The position numbers were made by a program, and so were the translations under genes. Below are positions 30,494 through 41,965 of a stretch of DNA of 64,000 bases, one piece after another. Source of the DNA: an uncultured Chloroflexia bacterium (lineage in GTDB: Bacteria; Chloroflexota; Limnocylindria; QHBO01); contig CAWHAZ010000002.1 of the NCBI GenBank assembly GCA_963827475.1, positions 1 through 64,000 of the forward strand, read 5' to 3'. Numbering within the stretch: position 1 is the first letter of the stretch; every line of letters begins with the position of its first letter. Under the pieces are notes generated by a model. That model had not been told where the DNA came from. It made no database searches and saw only the letters and a program-made list of their open reading frames with translations.

Positions 30494-30994
30494 CTAGCCC
30501 AGGGAGCCGGCCACTCCCTCGAGCAGGTCGTAGGCGTCCTGCATTCCGGCTTCCATGCCGGTGGCCAGGATCGCGTCCCGTGCCTCCATGGTCGGCAGGT
30601 CGGTGACGGCGACCATCGAGCGTTCGGCCGTCGATCTCGGTGAAGGTCATGGTGTTCACCGCCGCATCGGCCGGGTCGGTGGGCATCCCCTCGAAGATCT
30701 CGGTGTAGACGAGCTTCTCGTCCGGGACGATCTCGCGGTACTCCCCGTTGAACGCGACCTCGTACCCGTCGGGGGTGACCATCACCCACCGCCACCTGCC
30801 GCCGACCCGCAGGTCGACATCGGTGGACGTGATCTCGCCGCGGTTGGCGTGCCACCAGCTTCGCGATCAGCTCCGGCTCGGTGAACGCGCGCCACACGAG
30901 GTGCGCGCGGCGCGGCGAACTCGCGGGTGACGTGGATCTGGGTGTCGGTCGGGAGGGTCACCACCGCCGACTGGCTAGTCGTCATTGCCACCAT
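30494..30994 (-). CDS. SRPBCC/AHA1-like ligand-binding protein (frameshifted)
   Basis: LPTDTQIHVTREFAAP, VWRAFTEPEL, GEYREIVPDEKLVYTE, GMEAGMQDAYD in successive frames. Confidence 0.8.
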
Positions 30995-31331
30995 TGTCGT
31001 TCTCCTGTTCCTTCAACTCTTCCAGCACCTCGTCCAGCACCTCGAACCGCTCGTTCCACGACTGCTCGTAGGCCTTCACCCAGTCGTGGATCGGCTTCAG
31101 CGACTGGCCGTTGAGCCGATACATCCGCTGCCGTCCTTCCTCCCGGACCGCCACCAGGTCCACTTCCCGCAGCACGCGGAGGTGCTTCGACACCTGGGGC
31201 TGGCCGAGACCGAGCAGCAGCACCAGGTCGTTCACCGGCCGCTCCCCCTCCGCCAGCGCGTCGAGGATCTGGCGTCGGCGGGGCTCGGCCACGGCGTTGA
31301 ACGCATCGGTGGTGGTCGCTGCTCGGGGCAT
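30975..31331 (-). CDS. ArsR/SmtB family regulator
   Basis: AFNAVAEPRRRQIL, QPQVSKHLRVL, GRQRMYRL. Confidence 0.92.
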   Translation of the reverse strand: MPRAATTTDAFNAVAEPRRRQILDALAEGERPVNDLVLLLGLGQPQVSKHLRVLREVDLVAVREEGRQRMYRLNGQSLKPIHDWVKAYEQSWNERFEVLDEVLEELKEQENDNGGNDD

Positions 31332-31339
31332 GTCGCGTC

Positions 31340-31367
31340 ATCATATACCGATATCGGTATATGTCAA
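31340..31367 (-). promoter_or_regulatory. Promoter TTGACA-16-TATGAT overlapped by a perfect 22-bp palindrome (putative ArsR operator)
   Basis: CATATACCGATATCGGTATATG at 31342-31363. Confidence 0.75.
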
Positions 31368-31461
31368 CCGGTCGGCGGACGTCAGGTGAACCGATAATCG
31401 AACCGCGGCCACCCTCCCGCGACTCCTCCCATCGTGCGGACCTCCCAGGAGGGCCGTCCGA

Positions 31462-31992
31462 GTGGACCAGGTCCTGCACAGGCACACGGCGATGAGAGGC
31501 GTTCACCGATCTCGCGCGCGCCCTCTCCGGACGGCTGTACGCGATCGCCTATCGGATCCTCCGCGACCACGATGCCGCCGACGAGGCGACCCAGCAGGCG
31601 ATCGTTGCCATCTGGCGCGACCTGCCGAGCCTCCGCGACCCGTTCGGTTCGAGGCCTGGGCCTACCGGATCGTGGTCAATGCCTGCTACGCGGAGGCCCG
31701 TCGCCGGCGCCACGACCTGGGCCCATCACCCTGGACACCGACTCGCCGGTCCCGGACGACTCGCTTTCCGTCGCCGACCGCGACGAGCTGGACCGCGCCT
31801 TCCGCCGGGTCCCGGCCGACCAGCGGGCGGTGCTCGTCCTCCAGCACTACCTCGACATGGCACTCCTGAGATCGCCGAGACCCTGAACGTCCCGCTCGGG
31901 ACGGTGAAGTCCCGCAGCCACGCCGGCCGGCAGGCGCTGCGCGCCGCGCTCGAAGCGGATGCCCGACCCGCGCGAGGAGCACACCGGCATGA
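31462..31992 (+). CDS. ECF sigma factor 1 (multiple frameshifts)
   Basis: AYRILRD, ATQQAIVAIWRDLP, FEAWAYRIVVNACY, DQRAVLVLQHY, EIAETLNVPLGTVKSR. Confidence 0.85.
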
Positions 31993-33462
31993 GCACTTCC
32001 GTCGCGAGTTCACCGAAGCCGGCGCTGACCCGGACCCTCGATCACTGGCTGGACGAGGGACCGACGTCGGCGCCCGACCTCACCGTCGAGGCCGCGCTGC
32101 GGACCGTGGCCACCACCCGCCAGCGCCAGCTCCGGGGGCGACTGCTGCGGATGGCCGACTTCCACGGCCCCGTGGTGCCGGTGAGCCTGACCCTGGCCGG
32201 CATCACCGCCGTCGTGCTGGTGGCGATTGGACTCGGGCTGAACAATGAGCCGGTCCCCGGAGTCGAAGACTCTCCCCCACCGGGTGTCGCGACCGAAGAG
32301 CCGGTTCCGACCGACATCCCGTACGGCTACGTCATGTTCCGGAATGAGGCCGACGGCTACGAGATCGCCCTCCCGCGGGCATGGGAGGTCAGGTCGAGCC
32401 CGCATACGGCGAGCCACACCCTGGGCGTAACACGCTTCGGCAGCGGCGACGAGGAATCGCCCGCCTTTGGTGGTGAGCGTCGGTACCACGAGCGGGACCG
32501 TCTTCCTCTGCCAGCACCTCGCATGCTCATCCGGAGGTCGCTCGATCGCTGGACGAAATCGAGAACGAGATCCAATCAGAGTGGCCGCTCCCGCGCGAGC
32601 TCGGGGGGATGTCCATCGACGAACGGATCGTCAGCACCACGCTCGGCGGGGAGCCGGCGCGGTTCCGGTATCCGACAAGCACAACGCGGCCGCACGATCA
32701 TGGGCTTCACCACCACCTGTACCGCCTATGCCCTTCACGCGGGGCGTCCGGTGATCCTGTCATTCCCGTGTGGCCGCTACTTCACCCGCAACCAGGATGG
32801 GGCCGAACCGGCAACCCTCGAGCAGCTGAACGCCATCATCGCCAGCTTCCGCTTCCTCGACGATCCGGCACCGAGTGGCCCCGCAGAAGCATCCAACCCG
32901 CCATACGTTCAGTCAGGGCTTGAGCTGTTCCGCAACGAGGGGGACGCGTACGAGGTCCTTGTCCCTGAGGCCTGGGATCTGGCCGTCGAGCCGGTCTATG
33001 GCGAACCACGCGGCGTGAGCCGATTCGTGGGATACGTAAGCGGATTCGAGGGGCAGTCTTCGAGCCTTCCGTCGCCGTTGGTCATCAGTGTCGGCTCGCC
33101 GGACGGGAGTCTCTACCTATGTCAGTCGCGGGCTTGCCGCCAGGTGGTCGTCCGGAACCCGGCCGACCTCGAGTCGAAGATCGAGGAGCACCTGGCCCCT
33201 CGATGGGGCGGCGTTCGACGAGCAGATCTCGGAGACGACCTACAGCACCCTCCTGGGCGGGGAAACGGCTCGCGTCCGGTATCCGACCATCAGCCTCACG
33301 GGAACGGTCGGTTTGTCCACGTCGCTCCCCTGCTCGGCCTCTGCCTTCCACGACAGCCGACCGATAGTCCTGACATTTGAATGCGCTCAGTTCCGACAGG
33401 GGAAGCCAGCCCTCATCTGGACGATGAAGGACATGGTCGAAAGCTTCCGCTTCCTCGATTGA
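31989..33462 (+). CDS. Putative anti-sigma membrane protein 1 with two extracellular repeat modules (frameshifted)
   Basis: ATGA overlap with sigma; WLDEGPTSAPD N-terminus, TM, Pro linker, two FRNE..YE...SFRFLD modules. Confidence 0.7.
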
Positions 33463-33582
33463 GCCGCCAGGCGACATCAGGCAGGGGGCTTCCGATGCAT
33501 CTCGATTTCGATACGAATCAGGATCCGCTGCGTCAATAGAGTGAGCGGGACTGGTTAAGAGGCCCGCAGCGAGGCGAAACGC

Positions 33583-34132
33583 GTGGAGCGTGACCTGGTG
33601 ATACGAGCGCAACAGGGCGATGAAGATGCCTTCTCGACCCTCGCGCTGTCGCTGGGCGACCGGTGGCTCAACCTCGCGCAGCGCATCCTCCGGGACGACG
33701 ACCTCGCCGAGGACGCCACCCAGCAGGCCATCGTCGCGATCTGGCGACAGCTCCCGCGGCTCCGTGAGCCGGACCGGTTCGAGGGTTGGGCCTACCGGCT
33801 CCTGGTCAACGCCTGTCGGACGGAGATGCGTCGCGAACGGCGTGCCATGCCGAACCTCGAGCTCGTGATAGCCGATGGATTGGTCCATGACGGCATCGCC
33901 GGACTGGCCGACCGCGACCAGCTGGAGCAGGCCTTTCTTCGGCTCCGGATCGAGCATCGAACCGATCCTTGTGCTCCAGCACTACCTCGGGCTGACCCTG
34001 GACCAATGTGCCGAGCGGCTCGACATCCCGGTCGGCACCGCTCGGTCGCGCAGCCACTACGCCAAGCGCCAGCTACGGGCGGCCCTGGAGGCCGATGAGC
34101 GGGCGGTCGCGAAGGAGGCGACCTCGGCATGA
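33583..34132 (+). CDS. ECF sigma factor 2 (frameshift near 33960)
   Basis: RAQQGDEDAF, AEDATQQA, FEGWAYRLLVNAC, LDIPVGTARSR. Confidence 0.88.
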
Positions 34133-35952
34133 CCGAACTGACCGATCAGCCCTTCGACCTCGACGGCCGCCTGGACTCATCTGTTCCGGGACGCGCCGCG
34201 ACTTTCGCCGACCGCGTGGTTGTCGCCGCCCTGACCGATATCTCGGCGACCCCCCAGGCACGCAATCTGTTCGCGATCGATGGGACCGCCCTCCGGGTGA
34301 GCCTTCTCGCGGCCTCCCTGGCAGCGCTGGCGATCGGGCTGGGACTCGGGCTCGGGCCGCAGCTGATCGGTACCGACGCATCTCCGTCCCCGGAGGCATC
34401 GGAGGCGTCAGCGGTCCCGTCGGACCTGCCCGACGGCTACGTGCGGTACCGCAATGAGGCTGACGGCTACGAGATCGCGGTACCGGGCTCCTTCCAGGTG
34501 TTGGTCGAGTCTGGAGACGGCGAGCTCCGCGAAGGCGTCACGCGGTTTGGTTCCGACGTCAAGGGAGACTTCCCGCTCCGGACTGAACGTCAGCGTCGGT
34601 ACGCCGGACGGAACCGTGTACCTCTGCCAGAGCACCGCATGCTAGCCCGGTCGTCGTCACGAGCACGGAGGAACTCGAAGCCGCCATCCAGGCTCGATGG
34701 CCCACCCTCGAGGCCCGCCGTGAACGGATTGTCGCGACGACGCTGGGCGGCGAGGCTGCGCGCCTGCGGCATCCGACAGCCAAGTCCCCGGGGTCCTCTG
34801 GATAGGCGCCAACCAGGCCTGTTCCGCATATGCCATGCACGGCGCGCGGCCAGTCGTGCTCACGGTTCCCTGCGACGAGCTTCCGCGGCGGAAGCCGACG
34901 AACCTCTCGACCCTCGAGCGGATCGTCGACAGCTTCCGCTTCCTCTCTCCGACCGCCGACGCTGCAGCGGATGACTGGCAGACAATCGAGACTCCCGAAG
35001 CCGGTCTGTCCCTCCAGGCGCCTGTGGACTGGGAGCTTGGGCCGACGGACGAGCGGAGCCGCGAAGTTCGTTTGATCGGACCCAACGTAGCGCTGGCGAT
35101 ACGACTCTCCGATCCAAACGGTCCGATGTGGTCGTGCGTTAGTTCCAGATGCCCTGCGAGGATGTCGACGCGGCCTCGATCGATGACCTGGTTGCAATCG
35201 CAAAGGCGGATTACCGGCGATCCATCGGTTCAGGTGGGGCCGCGCTCGACGTCCGTCGCGAGGTGATGGACCTCGGCGACAGAGAGGCAACGTACCTCCG
35301 TATCGGGCTGAGGCAGCCGCCGGCCCTGTATCCGCTTGAACGCCCCTATCTTGTCGCGCTCCGAGACGGATCATCCTTGCTGGTCTCCTGGTCCGGCTCG
35401 TCCGTCGGCCTCTTCGGCGAGATCATCCCCGATCAGTGCAATACGTAGACCCAGCTCCTCGGGGATGGCAAAGACACGGCTTCCCAGAAGCCGGCTTCGC
35501 GGTAAGCGTCCAGAGCGGGTGGGCGGTCACGGAAATCGCGGGCCTGGACATGCGCTCGATGTCTGGGCCCGGTGCGATCCTGCGCATCAGATCGGGAAAC
35601 GAGCAGAATCGGATCAAGGGAATCCTCCGCGTGGAGGAGGCTCCGTTGTTGCCAGGCTCGACGGAAGACCTTGTCGACCTCATTGCCCGCGAATACCAAG
35701 ATCTGCGAGGCCTACCGGCCTTATCCGACGTCTCGACCGAGACCACCGATCTCGCCGGGCTCGCCGGCAGTCTGGGTTTCGCTCACCACTCCGTCCGGCG
35801 CGACCGGAACCTACAGCGACCTCTTCCCGGCCTACGAATACGCTGTCGTCGCTCTCCATGGCGATCGGCCCTTCGTTATCTCCTTCACGGGCAGCGCGGG
35901 CTACGAACAAACGTTCCGTGACATCCTCGCCACCTTCGAATTCCTCGACTAG
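34129..35952 (+). CDS. Putative anti-sigma membrane protein 2 with about three extracellular repeat modules (frameshifted)
   Basis: ATGA overlap; TM, SPSPEAS linker, YRNEADGYEI...SFRFLS and further modules ending TFEFLD. Confidence 0.7.
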
Positions 35953-36063
35953 CCACCGGAAGCTCCGGGCGCAGGGCGCCTTCGATAATCGAACCGATCC
36001 ACGGGTCCGCGCATCTAACGCGCTGAGCGGGCCTGCCCAAGAGGCCCGCACTGAGGTACCCAC

Positions 36064-36613
36064 GTGGAGCGCAGCCTGGTGGAGCGGGCCCAACGAGGAG
36101 ACAGAGAGGGCGTTTTCCGAGATCGCCTTCGCGATCAGCCCTCGCTTGTTCCCGATCGCCCAGCGGATCCTGCGCGACTACCACCGAGCGGAGGACGCCA
36201 CCCAGCAGGCGCTGGTCCTGATCTGGCGTAAGCTGCCGAAGCTGTCGGACCCGGACAAGTTCGAGGGCTGGGCGTATCGGATCCTGGTCAACGCCTGCTA
36301 CGCCGAGGTCCGCCGCGGAAAGCGCAATCCCGACGGGCTCCACCTGCTGGAGACCGATGCGGGCCTCGATCGACTCCCAGCTCAGCGTCGCCGACCGCGA
36401 CATGCTGGAGCGGGCATTCGAGCGACTACCCGCTGAGCAGCGTGCCGTCCTCGTCCTCCAGTACTACCTCAGACCTCGGACAACCCCAGATCGCCGAGGT
36501 GCTTGGCGTGCCCCTCGGGACCGTCAAATCGCGCGCCGCAAGCGGGCGCAGCGCCCTGAGGGCTGTCCTCGAAGCAGACGCGCGGCCGGCGGTCGGAGGG
36601 CGGACCGGCATGA
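36064..36613 (+). CDS. ECF sigma factor 3 (frameshifted)
   Basis: AQRILRD, AEDATQQA, FEGWAYRILVNACY, QIAEVLGVPLGTVKSR. Confidence 0.85.
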
Positions 36614-38248
36614 GCGGCACCGAGCGACCGATGAACGACGAGCAGCTCGACGCAATGCTGGGTGAGTGGCTGAGCGACGGGGTGACGTCGGCGCCGGATC
36701 GCATCGCCGAGCGGGCCATGCTCGAAGTCGCGACCACCCCGCAGGAGGGCACCCGGATGGCCGCCATGTGGTCCTCCGCGAGCCAGGCCCCGCTGGCATG
36801 GGCGGCCGTCCTACTGGCCCTCGCCATCGGTCTTGGTGTCGTCATTGGACCGCGTCTCGTCACCGACGAACCGTCACCGAGCCCAGCCCGTCGGCGAGTC
36901 CCTCCGCCGAACCGAGCCCGGACGGGTCAACAGTCCATCGGTCTGAAACACCGGTCGGCACGATCGAATGGCAGCGGACCGAATCCGAGCGGCGGATCTT
37001 CCCCGAGATGGAATACCTCGGCCAGGTCCTCGGGTCTGAGCTCGATGCGAACTTCGAGCGCGTCGGCTACTGGGCCACCTCCGATGGCATCGCCTGGGAG
37101 CCGACCGATGGACCGGAGTTCGGCACGGGGGCAGACTACCTCGCCGGCGGTGTCGTGGCCGTCGTCTCCCAGATAGCTACGGCGTATCGATGGGGCCGAT
37201 TTCGCATCGGCAGGTGATCTACCTCGACTGGTTCGACGAGGCCGGCGACGCGGCCATTTATCGGCAGGACGGCCCGGAGTGGGTGCCACTTCCGCTACCG
37301 AACACCACGCCAACGCCGGTCGATGGGCTCCGGACGTACAGCGCGATGTTCAGTGGGGCCGTCGAGCTCGACGAGTCGAACTGGGTGGCCCGGTCCTTCA
37401 TTTCACTGAACTCCCGTGGGATGAGATCTATGGCCGGGATTCGGACGTCTGGCCGATGTGGAATTCGCGCACTCAGCAGCTGGACCTTCATCGAGGCGGC
37501 AGCGCACCCGGTGGCGCCACCTTTGCGGAACTGACCGTTGGACTGGCGGGCGATCCGCAGGTCATCGAATTCCGCGATGCGACCACAGGTGAACTGGTGC
37601 ACGAGGTCCCGGCCACACGGCCCGGATGGACACCGACCGGCTTGCTCGAGGCCCTCAGAGGCTGGGGGCTGGTGGATGTCTCGTTCATCGTGAGTGTCGA
37701 TGGCGAGATCACGTCCGTTCGCGCCCCGTGGGCGCAAGGCGAGGAGTGGCACGCCAGCAACCGTATGGTCAGCGCCTTGGGCCGGTACTACACCGTGACG
37801 ATGCCCATCGCGCAGGACTACTCGGCCACTGACATCCATCTCTGGGAGTCTGTGGACGGGGTGAGCTGGACCAGCGTCGATCTCCCCCAGCTGTGGGAGG
37901 GCACCTTGGGGACGGCCGCGGTGGCGGGGTCGAGCCGATTCACTGATGTTGACCGTGGACGGAAGCGAGGCTTCGGCATTGTGGGCGTCCGCCGATGGCC
38001 GGAACTGGACGCAGGCGGACGTCGACCCGAGCCTGGTCGGCCAGCCCCAGGGCACCGATTTCGGCTGGCTGATGAATGCTTTCGATGCCGCTGCGATCTC
38101 GGCTGACGGTCGCACGTGGGAGGCTATCGATCTGCCGAACCTGCCTGCTGAGCCATCGGTGAGCTACTTCGACAGGATCTTCTTTTATGGACCCGAGCTC
38201 ATCGGCCCGACGATTTCCGCCACTTGGATTGGTGAGCTCCAGGACTGA
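36610..38248 (+). CDS. Putative anti-sigma membrane protein 3 with Asp-box/BNR-like repeats (frameshifted)
   Basis: ATGA overlap; WLSDGVTSAPD, TM, repeats ATSDGIAW, ESVDGVSW, ASADGRNW, ISADGRTW. Confidence 0.7.
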
Positions 38249-38312
38249 TTGAGCGGGCCGGCCAGGAATTCGAATTTCGAACCGAAAGGTCTTCGCGCGC
38301 ATCGTACGTTGC

Positions 38313-39073
38313 ATGAGCAGCAACCAGCGTGGTCCACTCGCGTTCTAATCTCGGTAGTGGTCGCCATGGGGATTCTTGCCTTGGTGCTGATCGCTCCGCA
38401 GGTCACCACGCCGTAGTCGGACGCGGTGGGTGGCGCTCCTCAGCCCAGCCTGTTAGCCGAACGATCCTTCGCCGAGCACAGGTTCCACCGAGCCGGATCC
38501 GTCCGAAGTGCATTGACGCAACGTGGGCCATCGGAATCCGGATAAGGCCCCGAACCCACGATGACCTACCCATGGGTAAGCGGCAAGCGCAGTTTTCCGG
38601 CGGAAGAGTTTGAAATCAGCATCCCGGAGCACTGGTCGATCTACGAGGACGGGACAGTCGATCCGCATAAGGGGTCACGGCACCAGCCTGACGATCCGGG
38701 TCGGCCGAGCCGGACGGGCAGCTGCTCACGTGCCAGGAGCCTGCGCGACCGTGGGAACGATGTCGTAACGCACGGATCACGAACCTCGACGACTTCCGCG
38801 AGGCCGTAGCCGTCGGTCCTACCCGAGGGCTGCGATTGGTGCGTGCCCGGGAGGTTGGCCAGGGAGGCCGCTCGAACCTCGCCGGTGAAGACGCCGTGGA
38901 CATTAGGTTCTAGGGCTACGAGTACCCGGCTCACGGCGCAGAGAGCGCGCTCTACGTGCTGACGATCCACGAGGGTCGCCCGTACTTCATCCGGTTCCAC
39001 ACCTCGGCCGAAAGCGCCGTCGCCACCACCGCTCTGGGACGAGATGCTCGAGACGTTCGCGTTCCTGCCGTAG
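38313..39073 (+). CDS. Stand-alone membrane-anchored protein with one repeat module (heavily frameshifted)
   Basis: TM VLISVVVAMGILALVLIA; FPAEEFEISIPEHW; YVLTIHEGRPYFIRF; ends MLETFAFLP. Confidence 0.55.
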
Positions 39074-39107
39074 GTTTACGTCATTGGATGATTCAAATCA
39101 CGAGTTC

Positions 39108-41034
39108 CTAGGCCGGGACGGCGTCGTCCTCGAACAGGCGGTCGATCTGGGCCGGCCAGTTCTCCTGGACGACCCGCAGCTTGGTCTTCAGGGTCGGGGT
39201 CAGCTCCCCGTTCTCCTCGGATAGGGCGCGGGGCAGCAGCGCGATGCGCCGCGGCCGCTCGAAGACGGCAAAGTCCTCCAGCAGGTCCCGCACGTCACCT
39301 TCGATGAGCTGGCGGACGGCCTTCTCCTCGACCAGCTTCTCCGGCGCCATCCCGCCGAGCCCATTGGCCTCGGCCCATGGCTTGAGCTCGTCAAAGTTCG
39401 GCGCGATCAACGCCCCGGTGTACGGGTGCCGGTCGCCGAGGATCACCGCCTGGGCGATGTACTTCGACGCGGACAGCGCCGCCTCCATCGGTCCGGGGGA
39501 CACGTTCTTGCCGTTGGCCAGCACGATGATGTTCTTCAGCCGGTCGGTGATCTTGATCCGGCCGATGGGATCCAGCTCCCCGATGTCCCCGGTGTGGAAC
39601 CAGCCGTCCGGGTCGATGGCCTTGGCCGTCTCCTCCGGCTGGTTCAGGTAGCCGAGCATGATCTGCGGCCCGCGGACCTGGATCTCCCCGGTCTCGGGGT
39701 CGATCCGGACCTCGGTCGCCGGCGCGGGCCGTCCAACCGTCCCGAACACGAAGTCATTCGGGCGGTTGATGCGACACCAGCGGGCTCGTCTCGCTCAGCC
39801 CGTACCCCTCCAGGATGAGGATGCCCAGCGCGTAGAAGAACTCCCCCACCTCGCGCGACAACGGGGCAGAGCCGGAGACGAAGTACCGCACCCGCCCGCC
39901 GGTCCGGGCCTTCACCCGGTGATACACGAGCCGGTCGGCGATGGCGTGCTGGATCTTCAGGCCGATGCCGTCGCCTTTCCCCGCCACGTGGTTCTCGTAC
40001 CGCTTCCGCCCGACCCCGATCCCCCAGTGGAAGATCCGGCGTCGCATCGGCGGCGACGCCTCCACCGACGCCAGCACCCGGCCGTACACCCGCTCGTAGA
40101 AGCGGGGCACGGCGGCCATCACCGTGGGCTTGACCTCGACCATGTTGTCCGCCAGCCGCTCGATGAGTGGCTCGGCGTAGACGACCGTCGACCCGTGGGC
40201 CAGCGGGATGATCTCGCCGGTCAGCCGCTCGAAGATGTGGGACAGCGGCAGCCAGGACAGGAAGACATCGGTCTCGTAGAAGTCGATGATCTGGACCGCG
40301 GCCTCGTAGTTGTAGAGCAGGTTGCCGTGCCGGATCGACGCGCCCTTCGGGTTGGCGGTGGTCCCCGAGGTGTGGATCACCGTCGCGAGGTGCTCGCGTT
40401 CGATCGATCGCCAGTGCTTCTCCCAGGCCTGACGCCGCGCGTCGTCCCCACCCCGGCTCGCCAGCTCCTCCAGGGTCAGGGTGCCGGCCGGGAACTTGCC
40501 ACCGGTGTCGAAGGTGATGACGTGGCGCAGGGTGGGCACCTGGCCACGGATCGACTCGATCTTGGCGGCCAGCTGCGCGTTCTCCACGAACACGGCCACC
40601 GCGCCGACGTTGTTCAGGATGAACGCGGCCTGCCCGGCCTCGGTCTGGGGATAGATCGGGCATGACACCGCCCCCAGGGCCCAGCTGGCGATGTCCGCCA
40701 CCAGCCACTCGGGACGGGTACGGGACATGATGCAAACCGAGTCGCCGTCCTTGACGTCGAGGCCCTGGAGTCCGAGCGAGGTCCGAGTCACCCAGTCCCA
40801 GAACTCGGCGTAGGTCTTGCTCACCCAGCCGCCGTCCTTGGGCAGCTTCCAGCGCAGGGCTTCCTTGTCCGGGATGCGGTCCACCGACCGATGGATCAGC
40901 TCCACCACGTTCCGCGCCTTCTCGGCCTCCGGCATGAGAAGCGGCTCGACCTCGTTCCACATCCGGCGCCCGCCGGGCGAGGTTGAAATCCCGTCGGTGG
41001 CGGCCGCGGGTGGGGCAGGTGCCGCGGTGGTCAT
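39108..41034 (-). CDS. Long-chain fatty acid--CoA ligase (frameshift near 39760)
   Basis: HTSGTTANPKG, LPLSHIFE, EGYGLSET, GWFHTGDIG, GKNVSP, LTPTLK. Confidence 0.92.
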
Positions 41035-41082
41035 CGGTATCTCCTCTCCTCCGGCGTCAGTTCCGGCCTCAGCCGGTCAGGC

Positions 41083-41955
41083 TCAGGCGATCTTATTCCC
41101 CTGCTCGTCGTACCGATAGAACCCGCGACCCGTTTTCCGCCCCAGGTGGCCGGCGGCCACCATCTGCCGCAGCAGGGGCGCGGCGCGGAACTTCGGGTCG
41201 CCGAATCCCCGGTGGAGCACGTCCATGACGTTGAGCATGACGTCGATCCCGACGAAGTCGGCCAGCTCCAGCGGGCCCATGGGGTGGTTCAGGCCCAGCC
41301 GGGCGCCGGCGTCGATATCCTCGGCCGTGCCGGTACCCTCGGCCAGGGCGAACACCGCCTCGTTGATGAACGGGCCGAGCATCCGGTTGACCAGGAAACC
41401 GGGGTAGTCCTTCGAGGAGATCACCGTCTTGCCCAGGTCCGCGGCGAGCTCGCGGCACGCCTGCTCGGTGGCGTCCGACGTCTCGAGGCCGCGGATGATC
41501 TCGACCAGCTTCATGACCGGCACCGGGCTGAAGAAATGCAGACCGATAAACCGATCCGGGCGGTCGGTGGCGGTGGCCAGGGCGGTGATGCTGATCGAGG
41601 ACGTGTTGGTGGCGAAGAGGGCTGTCGCGTCCGCGGCGTCGGTCACGGCCGCCCAGGTCTCGCGCTTGAGCGCCTCGTCCTCGAAGACGGCCTCGATCAC
41701 GATGTCGTGGCCGGCGACCGCCTCGACTCCGACCGCGGTCGCAACCCGGTCCATGATCGCGTCCGCGTCGCCCGACTCGATCCGTCCTTTGACGACCTGT
41801 TTGGCGAGGTTGCCCGCGATCCGCTTGCGGCCCTTCTTGGCGAGGTCCTCGGTCCGGTCGGCGAGGGTCACCTGCCTGCCGGCCGCGGCGCTGACCTGGG
41901 CGATGCCGTGGCCCATCAGGCCGGCCCCGAGGACGTAGACCCGGTCCAGGCTCAT
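41083..41955 (-). CDS. hbd: 3-hydroxybutyryl-CoA dehydrogenase
   Basis: GAGLMGHGIA, EAVFE, TNTSS, HFFSP, HPMGPL, GRKTGRGFY. Confidence 0.92.
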   Translation of the reverse strand: MSLDRVYVLGAGLMGHGIAQVSAAAGRQVTLADRTEDLAKKGRKRIAGNLAKQVVKGRIESGDADAIMDRVATAVGVEAVAGHDIVIEAVFEDEALKRETWAAVTDAADATALFATNTSSISITALATATDRPDRFIGLHFFSPVPVMKLVEIIRGLETSDATEQACRELAADLGKTVISSKDYPGFLVNRMLGPFINEAVFALAEGTGTAEDIDAGARLGLNHPMGPLELADFVGIDVMLNVMDVLHRGFGDPKFRAAPLLRQMVAAGHLGRKTGRGFYRYDEQGNKIA

Positions 41956-41965
41956 CGGGCGTGGC

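Noticed and set aside
31390-39073. Diversity-generating retroelement or mobile element behind the ECF array
   Set aside because: No reverse transcriptase, transposase or near-identical TR/VR pair seen; modules are diverged throughout.
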